DNA from: a virus | Taxonomy: Duplodnaviria; Caudoviricetes | Virus record (IMG/VR): IMGVR_UViG_2756170314_000001 | Location: 20,614 to 84,613 of that record | Strand: one strand, 5' to 3' | DNA: 64,000 nt | Shown: in pieces, positions 29,230-39,408 of the stretch | Position numbering within the stretch: position 1 is the first letter of the stretch | How the letters are laid out: every line of letters begins with the position of its first letter | Position numbers and translations under genes: made by a program | Notes under the pieces: model-generated | The model's input: the letters and a program-made list of their open reading frames with translations, nothing else | Database searches by the model: none | Told to the model about the DNA's origin: nothing

Positions 29230-30264
29230 TTAAAGAATTTCTTTCATTTTTTGAATTGCAACGAATAACGGCTGAACTTGTTCTTTGGAAGCATCGGTTA
29301 ACTTATTGCCGGCTCCAAATACTTCATCTACAATTCTATTAACTTCATCCATACGATTTGCTTTATGGAACTGAACACCAAGCTCACGAGCTTCTTGCAT
29401 CAGAGCATCATAATCCAGCTGTTCTTCTTGTAATCCAACTGATTCTTTTTCTTCTTTCAATTGAGAAGGATCAATTAGATTAATTGCATCAGTAACGGCT
29501 TTTTTATATGCTTCAGCATCCAAAGGAATTACTGGAGCAATACCTTCAAATGTTGAACCGGCTTGCCATTGAAGTGTTTCTCGAAGATGGATTACACGAT
29601 GTTCATTCATGTGTTCATCAGTTGTAACTGTCATGAACAAGATGTTATCAACCATTTTATTGATTGGAGCCATGACTTTATCTTTTAGATCCGGAACATA
29701 CTTTTCAAATTGATAGTATTGTTCTTTGGTCTTTTTATCAGTTACAAGAGTCATAGTGTCGTTTACCTGTTCTTGAAGGACCCCTGAAACAGGAATCTTA
29801 GTTGTGACTTGAGTTGCGTGAGCAATAAACACAGGAGTGTAACCGAGTCGTTCAATTTGCTGAAGATTTTTCTTCCAATCATTTTTAAGATCAACCCAGT
29901 CTTTTCCCCATTCAACCTGGCCGAACTCTGTTTTGTCATACTTTGAAAGGATATATGTTTCAAGCATTGCGTAAAGGTTTTCTACCGTATCAATGCAAAC
30001 AACATCGTATCGTTCTTTAATTTTTTTGTTCTGCAACTGAGCTAAAACCTGAAGATATTCAATCCAGTTTGAAACGTATTGAACATTGGCACCAACAAGC
30101 ACTTTATGCCGTTTTTCTGTGGCGATAAACAAAACTCGATCTCCATAGAGCTTATGAACAAAAGATGTTTTACCGATTTTAGGAACACCATAAATAAATG
30201 AAGTGTAGGATGCTAAATCCGTACTTGCCTTAATCGGCTCTAAATTTAATAAGTTAATTGCCAT
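29230..30264 (-). CDS. Phage P-loop ATPase (AAA_24/Sak4-like)
   Basis: YGVPKIGKT, IDT, FIAH. Confidence 0.8.
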   Translation of the reverse strand: MAINLLNLEPIKASTDLASYTSFIYGVPKIGKTSFVHKLYGDRVLFIATEKRHKVLVGANVQYVSNWIEYLQVLAQLQNKKIKERYDVVCIDTVENLYAMLETYILSKYDKTEFGQVEWGKDWVDLKNDWKKNLQQIERLGYTPVFIAHATQVTTKIPVSGVLQEQVNDTMTLVTDKKTKEQYYQFEKYVPDLKDKVMAPINKMVDNILFMTVTTDEHMNEHRVIHLRETLQWQAGSTFEGIAPVIPLDAEAYKKAVTDAINLIDPSQLKEEKESVGLQEEQLDYDALMQEARELGVQFHKANRMDEVNRIVDEVFGAGNKLTDASKEQVQPLFVAIQKMKEIL

Positions 30265-30332
30265 AGTTGAGTTCCTCCGATTTGTTTAATGTGATTACTT
30301 TTTATTTATATCTGGTTCTTGGAAAACGTAAA

Positions 30333-30572
30333 TTAATTAATAAATTTTGCCGGCGTTTTTTTAAATTCTTCCTGTATTTTTTTCTTTATCAACTCATATG
30401 GATAAAGCTCGTTTATTGAAACGTACCAGGTATTTTTCCCATCACTTGCTTGGAAAAAATCAGAGTGACCAGCATCATGTAAGATGGTAACAATCTCACC
30501 TATCTCAAATTCATGGCCACAAAATTGTCTGATTATAATTGCTTTATCACCAACTTTATATGGATTTTTCAT
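30333..30572 (-). CDS. Small SH3-like phage protein
   Basis: YKVGDKAII...FEIGEIV; GGAGG RBS. Confidence 0.65.
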   Translation of the reverse strand: MKNPYKVGDKAIIIRQFCGHEFEIGEIVTILHDAGHSDFFQASDGKNTWYVSINELYPYELIKKKIQEEFKKTPAKFIN

Positions 30573-30660
30573 CTATAAACCTCCGTCTTCTTTCAAGTCC
30601 TTTTGTATTCTATTTGGATAGTGAAAAACGTAAATTAAAGCACAAAAAAGAAACAAGGAA

Positions 30661-31023
30661 TTATCCTTGTCTCTTGTCGTTTTCTTCATTAAACTTTTGC
30701 TTTAACCATTCAGCTGTAATTAATGCCTGGGGAACAACATATGAAGAGTTTTTTCTATATTTCAGAACCATGATCAACATAATTAAAGCAAGAGCTTCAT
30801 TTAAGGCTTCAGTAATCATAGTCCCCCATGTACCGAACTTGATAAAGATCATAATGGCATTAACGAGCATAAAGATCAAAGCGACATTTAGAGAAAGCCA
30901 GAATAATACGCTCATACCATTTACGTCTTTTATTACATACGTTTTTCTTATTTGAGGTAGGTAACAAATTGTCAGGAACACCGTTCCTAGTACTGGCAGC
31001 CAATTCAATAGAAAGTTTATCAT
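30661..31023 (-). CDS. PQ-loop (SemiSWEET-like) membrane transporter
   Basis: YLPQIRKT, three TM helices. Confidence 0.8.
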   Translation of the reverse strand: MINFLLNWLPVLGTVFLTICYLPQIRKTYVIKDVNGMSVLFWLSLNVALIFMLVNAIMIFIKFGTWGTMITEALNEALALIMLIMVLKYRKNSSYVVPQALITAEWLKQKFNEENDKRQG

Positions 31024-31541
31024 TGGGGAGCCACCTCTTTTTCAACTGATTTTTTTAATTCATCAGTTTTCTTTTTTAAAGCAGCTACTAAATCATCTAC
31101 GGTAGAGAATATTCCACCATTTGTTTTCTTGATCAAGCCAATAACATAAAGATTACGATATTGGAATTGGTTTTCGGTAATATCATCAACTAATGTTAGA
31201 ACCTTTTTAGCATTGTCATTTCCTAACTGCCGAACATCAGTATACAAACCAAGGATAGGTCGTCCAGTTGTTGAGAAAACTCCAATCTCTGCAGCAACAC
31301 CAGAATCAATTTCTACCCCATCTAAAACGGCAACTAAAATATCACTTGATAGGAGGTGTTCTGTATCAGCATCGGCGATTTGTGTACTTGTTGCACTTGC
31401 TTTTTTATCATTAACAACAACATTCTCTTGTGGGAGATATACCTCAAGTTCAGGGATTTCTTCTCTGATTTTTGCTGCTAATGTATCGTTAAAATTTCGG
31501 TCTGCGATTCCAAATAAACCGTTAGCTAAGTATAGTTTCAT
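31020..31541 (-). CDS. Nucleoside 2-deoxyribosyltransferase family protein 2
   Basis: LYLANGLF, YLPQEN, DSGVAAEIG, NLYVIG. Confidence 0.85.
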   Translation of the reverse strand: MKLYLANGLFGIADRNFNDTLAAKIREEIPELEVYLPQENVVVNDKKASATSTQIADADTEHLLSSDILVAVLDGVEIDSGVAAEIGVFSTTGRPILGLYTDVRQLGNDNAKKVLTLVDDITENQFQYRNLYVIGLIKKTNGGIFSTVDDLVAALKKKTDELKKSVEKEVAPQ

Positions 31542-31615
31542 TTTTATCAACCTCGTCTCATATTTGTTCAAAGAGAAGCCAACGAGAATTTCTTCTCATT
31601 GGCCTGATTAAAATA

Positions 31616-32581
31616 TTAAAAATCTGGCATATCATCTGTATTTGGAGCATCACTAAATGGGTTATCATCTTGTGGTGGTTCCATTCCAGTTGGCAGAGAT
31701 CCAGGAGGAAGATCATTTCCGTTCGAACCAAAACCACTTGGTGGTGTATCTTCAGCTGGTTGAGAAAGCTCCTGAAGCTTAAGTTTGCGGATTTGAAGAG
31801 CTGTTTCAATTTCTTCTTCTGTATAGGCTTTATCACCAAAGTAAGGAATTTCTCCACCAATTACTTCAATATTATTTACATAGTTTGTTACCTGACGAGC
31901 TTCAGCTTTCTCAGTAGATCCAAAGCCATGTGAAACTTGGTTTGATTCTTTAACTTCGTCAACAACAGCATAGTTATTAATCTTGAAATTTAATTGGCCA
32001 GTAGAACCTACAGGGTATAAATCCATAAATGCTTCAGCAAGTTCGGCACCAACAATTGTATTTTTAAGTTCAATAACTTCATTCCCCCAACCAACAGTGA
32101 AGCCTTTAACTTTATATTCTCCAGTTGGAAGGTCATTTTTAATAACAGGTTCAAATCCTTGAACAACCGTATCAATAGTTGCGATTGCTTTATCTGGTCG
32201 ATCATTTGTTTCATCTAAACGGTTAAAGAAGATTCCTTTAACTTGATTAAACTGAACAAGGTTTCCCTGAGCATTGTAGTATTCATTTAATGTAAGTTCT
32301 CCATTAACTTCAATTCGATCGGCTGCATCTGCCCCATCATCTTCAATAGTTTTGTATTCATTTTTTACAGTTTCAATGCCTTTAAAGAGTTTTGATGATT
32401 CCATCATAAACACTGAAATTTTGATTTCCTGAACATGGTTATCAAATTTTGAAAGAACAACCAGGTTACCAGACATATACTTATTGCCTTTTTTACTTGT
32501 TTTGACCTCTAAATCTTTCGATTTAAGGGTGCCGATTACTTGAACATTATTTTGAAGTTGTCTTAATTCTTTATTTTCCAT
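31616..32581 (-). CDS. Putative single-stranded DNA-binding protein
   Basis: NNVQVIGTL OB-like start; acidic tail DDMPDF. Confidence 0.7.
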   Translation of the reverse strand: MENKELRQLQNNVQVIGTLKSKDLEVKTSKKGNKYMSGNLVVLSKFDNHVQEIKISVFMMESSKLFKGIETVKNEYKTIEDDGADAADRIEVNGELTLNEYYNAQGNLVQFNQVKGIFFNRLDETNDRPDKAIATIDTVVQGFEPVIKNDLPTGEYKVKGFTVGWGNEVIELKNTIVGAELAEAFMDLYPVGSTGQLNFKINNYAVVDEVKESNQVSHGFGSTEKAEARQVTNYVNNIEVIGGEIPYFGDKAYTEEEIETALQIRKLKLQELSQPAEDTPPSGFGSNGNDLPPGSLPTGMEPPQDDNPFSDAPNTDDMPDF

Positions 32582-32640
32582 GTGATTTTCCTCCGATTTG
32601 ATAGTAGTTGAGTTATTTATTTTTATAAGACTCCCATGAG

Positions 32641-32850
32641 TTACGAGAAAATTTCCTTCAATAGATCTTCAATTTCTGATGCTTCAGATTCCTCTGTAAC
32701 TTCTTCCTGAACTTCATCAAGAATTGATTTAAGTTGGTCCATAAGAATAAGAAATTCTAAATCACCGATAGCTTGCATAGCTTCATCTTGATCCATACCA
32801 GCTTGGCGAAATTGAAGATAAGCGTAGAGTTTTTCGATTTCATTTAACAT
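32641..32850 (-). CDS. Acidic hypothetical protein
   Basis: CGGAGG RBS, SigN promoter 32895-32920. Confidence 0.7.
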   Translation of the reverse strand: MLNEIEKLYAYLQFRQAGMDQDEAMQAIGDLEFLILMDQLKSILDEVQEEVTEESEASEIEDLLKEIFS

Positions 32851-33128
32851 AAGAATTTCCTCCGATTTATGAGTGATTTTTATTACATATCTTTTATATC
32901 TTGGGTTTTAGAAACGTAAATCAAAAAATAAATAATTTATTACTTATTTTTTTCAATAATCATCAAAGTTCCATTAGCTTATATGTTCAATAGAGATGTA
33001 ATTAAACCAACTTATGTTTCTTTATGTGGAATCATTGTATTTATATCGTGAGAGTTGAAAATGTAAATCTAAATCGGATCAAATAAAAAAAGTGTAGGCG
33101 TTAAGCCCACACTTTTTGCTGTTTATCT

Positions 33129-33383
33129 TTATCTCTCGACTTTCACATAACACATACCATTTTGAACTTTGTCACATTTAACGATTTTTGGTACTTTACC
33201 TTTGAAGTAAAGAGTAACTTCTTTTTTATTGGCATCGAATACAAAGTCATAAGCGTCTTGATATTCAGGTACATCTCTAATCCATACATACTCTGTAATA
33301 GCGCTTGCAGGCAAAGCAGAAATAAATAAACCAGTGGTAATGATACCCATTCCAACAACTTTTTTCAGTTTTGATTTGAACAT
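33129..33383 (-). CDS. Small secreted protein (84 aa precursor)
   Basis: Signal peptide MFKSKLKKVVG...PASA. Confidence 0.7.
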   Translation of the reverse strand: MFKSKLKKVVGMGIITTGLFISALPASAITEYVWIRDVPEYQDAYDFVFDANKKEVTLYFKGKVPKIVKCDKVQNGMCYVKVER

Positions 33384-33615
33384 TTTCAACACTCCCCACC
33401 TTTTTATTTTCCTGATTACAAAACAGGACAAGGAAATTTTACCATGTATTTGGTGGGGAAAAATGTCGATTTCTGTAAAAAAGAACAAACTTTTTGTGAA
33501 TTTTAAGACCATTTAATCAGCATAAAATCTGAATTTTATATCTGAATTTAGCTTTAATCCTCTGATTTTCCGTCTAAATATCCAATACCATAGGATAAAA
33601 AGAAGCAAATAAACG

Positions 33616-33951
33616 TTATAATAAATGAAAGCATTGATCTTCTCCTTCGTTTACCAAGACTTCAGCATGAAATCCTAATTTTTCATCGTATTTCAACTCT
33701 ACAACCGTCAAATCTGGATTGAAGTTGTGGTATTCCTCTAAGAACTGAATAATGCCTTCCGAGATCTGAGTTGTTCCAAGAAATTGTCTTCTTAAAGGTC
33801 CATAACGAACCTCAGCAATAAACCCTTTGTGATTGTTATATGTTAGTTCTTTTATTTCAACATCTTCTGGAGAAATGGCTGCGTCATTTGAAATAAAAAC
33901 ACAAATTCCATCTACAATTTCTTGCTCATTTAATATTAATCTCATAATCAA
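33616..33951 (-). CDS. YxcD/DUF2653-like protein
   Basis: LNEQEIVDGICV...GFxAE repeat. Confidence 0.6.
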   Translation of the reverse strand: MIMRLILNEQEIVDGICVFISNDAAISPEDVEIKELTYNNHKGFIAEVRYGPLRRQFLGTTQISEGIIQFLEEYHNFNPDLTVVELKYDEKLGFHAEVLVNEGEDQCFHLL

Positions 33952-34706
33952 AATCTCCTTTTGTAAGTCTTAGATGATTTGTAAGCACGGATGATAGCAA
34001 TGACAATGATTAAAATAATGATCAAAGCGATGACATCAACGATCCAGGCAATAGGTGAAGCTCCATAGGAAACATAACCTGGTCCTCCGACTGGATGATA
34101 GGTGTAACCCCAGGGGTGCATCATGCTTGTCATGAACATTCCCATCGTAAAACCGTTATAATATCCAAACCAACCTGAAGGAGAAAATCCTGCATTGTAG
34201 TAATGATTAACAGAAACGGTTCTGCCACCAACATAAGCTTTTGTGGTTCTTCCACTATAGGTTTTTCCTTTTACCTTTGATGTAGCGCCTGAGAACGACC
34301 CTGATGATTTTTTAGCAGAACTCTTCTTAGATAGTGTTGATTTTGTTTTATTTGAAGATTTTTTTGTTAAAGAAATTGATTTTGATTTATCCGACTTTGT
34401 AGATTTTTTAGATGATCCACCAAAGAATGATTTAAAGCTAGAACTAAAGCTAGATTTCCTCGAACTCGAGCTTGATCCTGAGCTCGAGCTAGAACTTGGT
34501 TTAGAATAACTGGATTTGTAACTTCCACTATATGATGATCCAGAACTCCGACTACCACTACTGAAGCTGGATTTAGATGAAGAAAATGATGAAGAAACCC
34601 TGGCACTTCCACCACTAAAGCCAGCTGCTTCTGATATTGTAGGTGGCAACAGTAAACCGAAAGTAACGACTACTGCCAATAAGGATTTAACATATTTAAG
34701 TTTCAT
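33948..34706 (-). CDS. Ser/Lys/Gly-rich exported membrane-anchored protein
   Basis: Signal peptide, low-complexity middle, C-terminal TM helix. Confidence 0.75.
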   Translation of the reverse strand: MKLKYVKSLLAVVVTFGLLLPPTISEAAGFSGGSARVSSSFSSSKSSFSSGSRSSGSSYSGSYKSSYSKPSSSSSSGSSSSSRKSSFSSSFKSFFGGSSKKSTKSDKSKSISLTKKSSNKTKSTLSKKSSAKKSSGSFSGATSKVKGKTYSGRTTKAYVGGRTVSVNHYYNAGFSPSGWFGYYNGFTMGMFMTSMMHPWGYTYHPVGGPGYVSYGASPIAWIVDVIALIIILIIVIAIIRAYKSSKTYKRRF

Positions 34707-34745
34707 TTGTATTCCTCCAAGTAATGAGGCCGCCTAAGCGACCTA

Positions 34746-35324
34746 TTATGCTGATTTTGAATCGTCAACGATAAACGTAAAATTCTTAACAACCGGTGAT
34801 CTTAACATCGCTGCATCATCAGCCATCGCTTCACTCATGCTTTTCACAACTTTAATTCTTTCATTTTCGAATTCCGGATAAGATGTGAGAATAATATCTC
34901 CAATCTCTGGTTCCACAGGATTTTCAACTGTTAAGTACTTTGTAGGAACTTTTTTAGATAAAGCCCGGTATAAAGCGATCGCTTTACCAATATGCTCATT
35001 AAAGGTATCTCTCGGATCACATTTAGCAATACCTTTTGCGTAAATTCTTCCAGACCTATAACCTTTTAATAGAACTGTTACGACACGTTTTTTTCTATTG
35101 ATGTGGTATTCAGGAACAGTAGCATAAGATCCAACTTCATATCCATCGCACATAGTGGAATCTTTTAAGTTTTCAAGGTCTGACTTAGCATCTTCAATAA
35201 CTTTCTTTCTAGCAGTAATAACTCTAGGTGACTTATTAGCTCTCTTAGTGAGTTCTTCTGCTGCTTTGGAAATAAATTCGTTTAATTCAGTAGTAGTCAA
35301 GTTTTTGAAATTTACCTTCTGCAT
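34746..35324 (-). CDS. Conserved phage hypothetical protein
   Basis: GIAKCDPRDTFNEHIGKAIALYRA motif. Confidence 0.7.
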   Translation of the reverse strand: MQKVNFKNLTTTELNEFISKAAEELTKRANKSPRVITARKKVIEDAKSDLENLKDSTMCDGYEVGSYATVPEYHINRKKRVVTVLLKGYRSGRIYAKGIAKCDPRDTFNEHIGKAIALYRALSKKVPTKYLTVENPVEPEIGDIILTSYPEFENERIKVVKSMSEAMADDAAMLRSPVVKNFTFIVDDSKSA

Positions 35325-35328
35325 AATA

Positions 35329-35853
35329 TTAGTGTTCCTCCGATTTTTTGATTTGATTTTCAATTTCTGCTTTGATCTTTGGTTCAGGTTGTTGCCAACC
35401 TTCCGGTTTAAGTATCTTTCCACTATTGCCTAAGTCATATCTCGGTTTACCATCCGGAAATAACTTGGCCATGTTTGCGTCTTGAACAATATCAAAGAGT
35501 GGTTGTGGTTTAACTCCAGCAACGACAAATGATCCTTGAACAAAATAATTAACATCAGTTAATGCATCCATTTGGTCAACAAGAATATCCTCAACCGGAC
35601 CTTTCTTAATCACTTTAGATTCTGCAGCAGTAATTCCCCGGATTAACTCTGTTACCAACCCATAAAATTTTGTTTTGTTTCCACCTGCTGTTGCATATAA
35701 GAATTCAACTAACTCTTCAGCCGTCCAGATGGTTCTGGCCAAAGCAACATCTTCAGGAATAGATGTTGGTTTTTCTGAGATTGGGTGATGGAATGCTCGG
35801 TGAAACTCTTCAACTTGAGATTTGGCATAGTCTAAACCTTTTTCTTCTTTCAT
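35329..35853 (-). CDS. MazG-like NTP pyrophosphohydrolase
   Basis: EFHRAF, EELVE, DALTD, ANMAK, GKILKPEGW. Confidence 0.8.
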   Translation of the reverse strand: MKEEKGLDYAKSQVEEFHRAFHHPISEKPTSIPEDVALARTIWTAEELVEFLYATAGGNKTKFYGLVTELIRGITAAESKVIKKGPVEDILVDQMDALTDVNYFVQGSFVVAGVKPQPLFDIVQDANMAKLFPDGKPRYDLGNSGKILKPEGWQQPEPKIKAEIENQIKKSEEH

Positions 35854-35864
35854 GATCATTCTCC

Positions 35865-36095
35865 TCAATGTACTAAATGTTCTTTCTTTAATGTAAAGGG
35901 GTTTTGATCTATTTCATTGCTGACTATTTCAGCCAGATCAACAATCGTTAAACCAAGGTCTTTAAGGTCTTCTTCACTTAATTCATTTACTGATTCATAT
36001 AAGAGCCAGGTCTTATCATTTTTAGTTCGAGTCGATAGATTCTCACGAAAACTCTTAACCTTCCTGGTTAAAGCTTCGTAACCTGGTGTGCTCAC
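35865..36095 (-). CDS. Hypothetical protein
   Basis: GAGGTG RBS, SigN promoter 36126-36151. Confidence 0.65.
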   Translation of the reverse strand: MSTPGYEALTRKVKSFRENLSTRTKNDKTWLLYESVNELSEEDLKDLGLTIVDLAEIVSNEIDQNPFTLKKEHLVH

Positions 36096-36124
36096 TTATT
36101 ATCACCTCACGGTAATTTTTGTTA

Positions 36125-36823
36125 TTATATCTGTGCCTTTGAAAACGTAAATTGATTTTCAGCTTTTTTGGCCATTTCTTTTAATATTTTTGTTTCAAAG
36201 GACTGTATCGACGTTTTATCAAGACCTCTGTTTGTAAATAGAACTTTTATGTCTCCTTCGATCCAATATAATTCTCCATTGACCATATCATCATTAAAGA
36301 AATGGACCTCTAGGTATTCAGCTGGTCTACCGTAACACTTAATTTGTTCTTGCTTTTCTTTCTGATCTTTAGAATCCATATGTCTGTGATTTTTAATTTG
36401 AAGTGGAATAGAAATGTTGGAGTCTTTTAAATGAAGAACCGTTCCATCAATTTTCGAATTACGATCTTCTTTTGATGAGGGAATTTCAAACCAAAACATT
36501 AGGCAGCTGTTGACGAGGTTTCTAACGACAATCTCTTGAAAAATCGGCCGTCCTATTCTTTGAAAGAAATACTTGATGTAATTCCTTTCTACTTCGCCCC
36601 TATCTCCATAGTGTTTTGTTGCGTTATTGAGAAATCGGGTAATCTCTCCTGGATAGTAATGCTTCCAAATAAAATTTAGGATTTCAATTGGTTTAATAAA
36701 TGGATCTCTTTCGATGAGTTTAAATGTAACGTACTTGGCCAAATAAAAATCAATGTGCCCTTTGCCATCTTTGCCTTTTATAACAGCATTATGACATTCT
36801 GCTTCAAGTCCATACTTAAACAT
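36125..36823 (-). CDS. Hypothetical protein, possible PD-(D/E)xK nuclease
   Basis: D..KIDG...LQIK. Confidence 0.5.
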   Translation of the reverse strand: MFKYGLEAECHNAVIKGKDGKGHIDFYLAKYVTFKLIERDPFIKPIEILNFIWKHYYPGEITRFLNNATKHYGDRGEVERNYIKYFFQRIGRPIFQEIVVRNLVNSCLMFWFEIPSSKEDRNSKIDGTVLHLKDSNISIPLQIKNHRHMDSKDQKEKQEQIKCYGRPAEYLEVHFFNDDMVNGELYWIEGDIKVLFTNRGLDKTSIQSFETKILKEMAKKAENQFTFSKAQI

Positions 36824-36879
36824 AGATTCAGTCTCCTGTTCTCAATATTTTCTGATTCAAACGAAAAATACAGAGATCC

Positions 36880-37914
36880 TTAGACCTCTGTTTCTTCTGA
36901 ATCGTATTTATCTCCAACTGCAGCGACCTTCTTAACAATACGATCGATTGTTCGAGATATTTTCATTTGATATGTGTTAAAATTCGCAGCTATTTCTTCT
37001 TGAGTTAATCCATTTTGGGTTTGTCTTAAGACTTCTTTTTCGAAGTCAGTGAGTTCAGCTTTTTCGATTGTCGATTTTAAATCTAATAAGATGAAGCTGA
37101 AATCATCATTTGGATCAAAATCTGGTTTTAAGAATAATAACCCTTTAGCTGAGATGGTTTTTCCTGATTCTGTTTCGACTACATCACCTTTTAAGTGAAG
37201 AGGATTTGTGAAGTCAAATACATCAATATCGTATTCTGTACTCTGGGAGAAGTATTTAAGGTTATAACCGAACACGCCTAACAATGTATCTTTAGAATAA
37301 ATCATATCGTGCTGCAGCTGACCTTTAATGCGAGATAAAATGAACCGGTTCCCTTCTTTATTCTTCAGTTTTTGTGTTACGAAATCATAGAATGGCTTAT
37401 AACTTCTTAAAATTTCCCCCAACCAATCATCTCTTTCGAGATCTGAAGCTGTAATCGATTGAGGTCTAAGCAGAATTTTGTTTCTTTCTTCTTTTTTCAA
37501 GAAGTGAATAACATTCTCGGAAAAATCATTGCTATCTGAGTTCGTCAATGATTCTATAGATTGTTCTTTCTCAACTTTCTTTTGAAAGTACCGTTCATCT
37601 GAATAAAAAATGTACTCCGTTTTCTCTTGTTCTTCTTCTTTCTTAATTTCATCACTGGTTAATAAATATGTGGCCATACGATCTAGTGATTTGCAAACAT
37701 TGTTTTGATGGGATAAAAAGTCTTTGGTTGTAATCCCTGTTTTAAAATAACCATCAAAATACTCGGAATAGAAATTAGTCTCATTTAGGATCTCTTCCAC
37801 AACTTTTTTCCGTTCCTCTAATGTTGTTTTTTCAAAATCAATTTTTTTGTTAATTTCATGAACTGTCGTTCCATCTAATCTCCCTTTAAAGTTTCTCTGT
37901 GATGTAAAACTCAT
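36880..37914 (-). CDS. Protein with C-terminal sigma region 4-like HTH
   Basis: LTDFEKEVL...GLTQEEIA...ISR. Confidence 0.7.
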   Translation of the reverse strand: MSFTSQRNFKGRLDGTTVHEINKKIDFEKTTLEERKKVVEEILNETNFYSEYFDGYFKTGITTKDFLSHQNNVCKSLDRMATYLLTSDEIKKEEEQEKTEYIFYSDERYFQKKVEKEQSIESLTNSDSNDFSENVIHFLKKEERNKILLRPQSITASDLERDDWLGEILRSYKPFYDFVTQKLKNKEGNRFILSRIKGQLQHDMIYSKDTLLGVFGYNLKYFSQSTEYDIDVFDFTNPLHLKGDVVETESGKTISAKGLLFLKPDFDPNDDFSFILLDLKSTIEKAELTDFEKEVLRQTQNGLTQEEIAANFNTYQMKISRTIDRIVKKVAAVGDKYDSEETEV

Positions 37915-38040
37915 TTATTTGTTCCTCCATAAATTTGTCCTATTTATTTTGAATTAATTTAATGTTTGAAATTATATAACGATTATATCCGTAATTTTCC
38001 ATATGTAAATTAATGGAAGGTGGATTTTATAAGTCTATGA

Positions 38041-38067
38041 ATCTTACACAATGACATTATGTAAAGT
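38041..38067. other. Putative tyrosine-recombinase (dif/res-like) site
   Basis: ATCTTACACAA-TGACA-TTATGTAAAGT imperfect inverted repeat. Confidence 0.55.
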
Positions 38068-38172
38068 GTTAAATCCCTTCATATCAATGTTTATAAGAGA
38101 TGCCGACTTTTCATTGTTTTTGAATATTACATAACATATAATTATCTTATAATATGTCATATTGGTTAGAAG

Positions 38173-38745
38173 GTGATCATTTTGAATATGGTGAGTCCCA
38201 TTAGAGACAAAAAACAACTGGAATTACTAAAAATGTATTTGAGAGAAAAGAGCAAAAGAGATTACTTAATGTTCATGGTTGGAATAAGTTCTGCCCTCAG
38301 AATTAGTGATATTCTTAAATTAAAGGTTGGAGATATTTGGGATGGAAGAAAGCCGAAAGAATTCATTTATCTTCATGAAGAAAAGACAGGAAAATATAAA
38401 AGATTTCCGATCACTGAGAACCTCCAAAAAGCAATTAGAGAATATATGAAAGAATATCAGCTTGACCAGGAATCCTATTTGTTTTTCAGCAGAAAAGGTA
38501 ATAAACCCATCTCTCGACAACAAGCTGCACATATATTATCTTCAGCTGCAGATTACATTGGAATTAAAGAGCCAGTATCAACTCATAGCATGAGAAAGAC
38601 ATGGGGATATTGGGCATATAAAAAAGGATACTCTTTGGCATTAATAATGGAGGCTTTGAATCATTCAAGTATTGCCATTACAAAGAAATATTTGGGGATT
38701 ACTCAAGAAGATCTTGATGATGTCTATATGAGTATGAATTTGTGA
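38173..38745 (+). CDS. Tyrosine recombinase (catalytic domain only)
   Basis: LRISD, KT, HSMRK, NHSS, Y. Confidence 0.92.
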   Translation: MIILNMVSPIRDKKQLELLKMYLREKSKRDYLMFMVGISSALRISDILKLKVGDIWDGRKPKEFIYLHEEKTGKYKRFPITENLQKAIREYMKEYQLDQESYLFFSRKGNKPISRQQAAHILSSAADYIGIKEPVSTHSMRKTWGYWAYKKGYSLALIMEALNHSSIAITKKYLGITQEDLDDVYMSMNL

Positions 38746-38782
38746 TATATAATAGAAGAAACTCGGAATTATGAGGTGAATT

Positions 38783-39121
38783 ATGGAGATTAAGAGAATA
38801 ACAAGAAAAGAATTCGAAAGCTTTCCTAAATTTAAAAATGTTGAAGAAGCAATAAAGTTTTTCAAAGAAAAGTATGGGGATCATTTTATGGAGCAAGGAT
38901 TGGGCCCATTTGAAGAATTTGAACTTGGAAAGTACTATCACCATTTGTTAGTCCTTGATAAGGAAGGTCTTAAAAGGATGAGTGAATGGATGATAAAAAA
39001 TAATCGGTTAACATTCCCTGAGGATTCATATTCTGAAACAAAAGGGATGAATGAAAGTGTTCAAGCAATATTTATTTTTGAAAACGGAAGGGTTCAAGTA
39101 TCTAATTTAGCTGAGGAATAA
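38783..39121 (+). CDS. Hypothetical protein
   Basis: GAGGTG RBS. Confidence 0.65.
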   Translation: MEIKRITRKEFESFPKFKNVEEAIKFFKEKYGDHFMEQGLGPFEEFELGKYYHHLLVLDKEGLKRMSEWMIKNNRLTFPEDSYSETKGMNESVQAIFIFENGRVQVSNLAEE

Positions 39122-39408
39122 AAAATCAAAAAGCAGACATAAACTGTCTGCTTTTAATCACTCCAAATGTTTATCTAGGAGTTCTGAAAACTTTATAATC
39201 ATAGCCTATTTGTTTGCTATACTTGCTATCTTTATATACGTACATGTCTACGATTGTATATCTATATTTTTTATCGTAGGCTAAGTATTGTGTTGTTGAA
39301 TAATATCGTGTTGGTTTTTTGTGATAGAATGTTCCAAACACAGCTTGGGCGAATAAACCAGCCCAGGAGTATTTAAGACCAGGTAACCCTGTTTTGGAGG
39401 TTGAAAAT

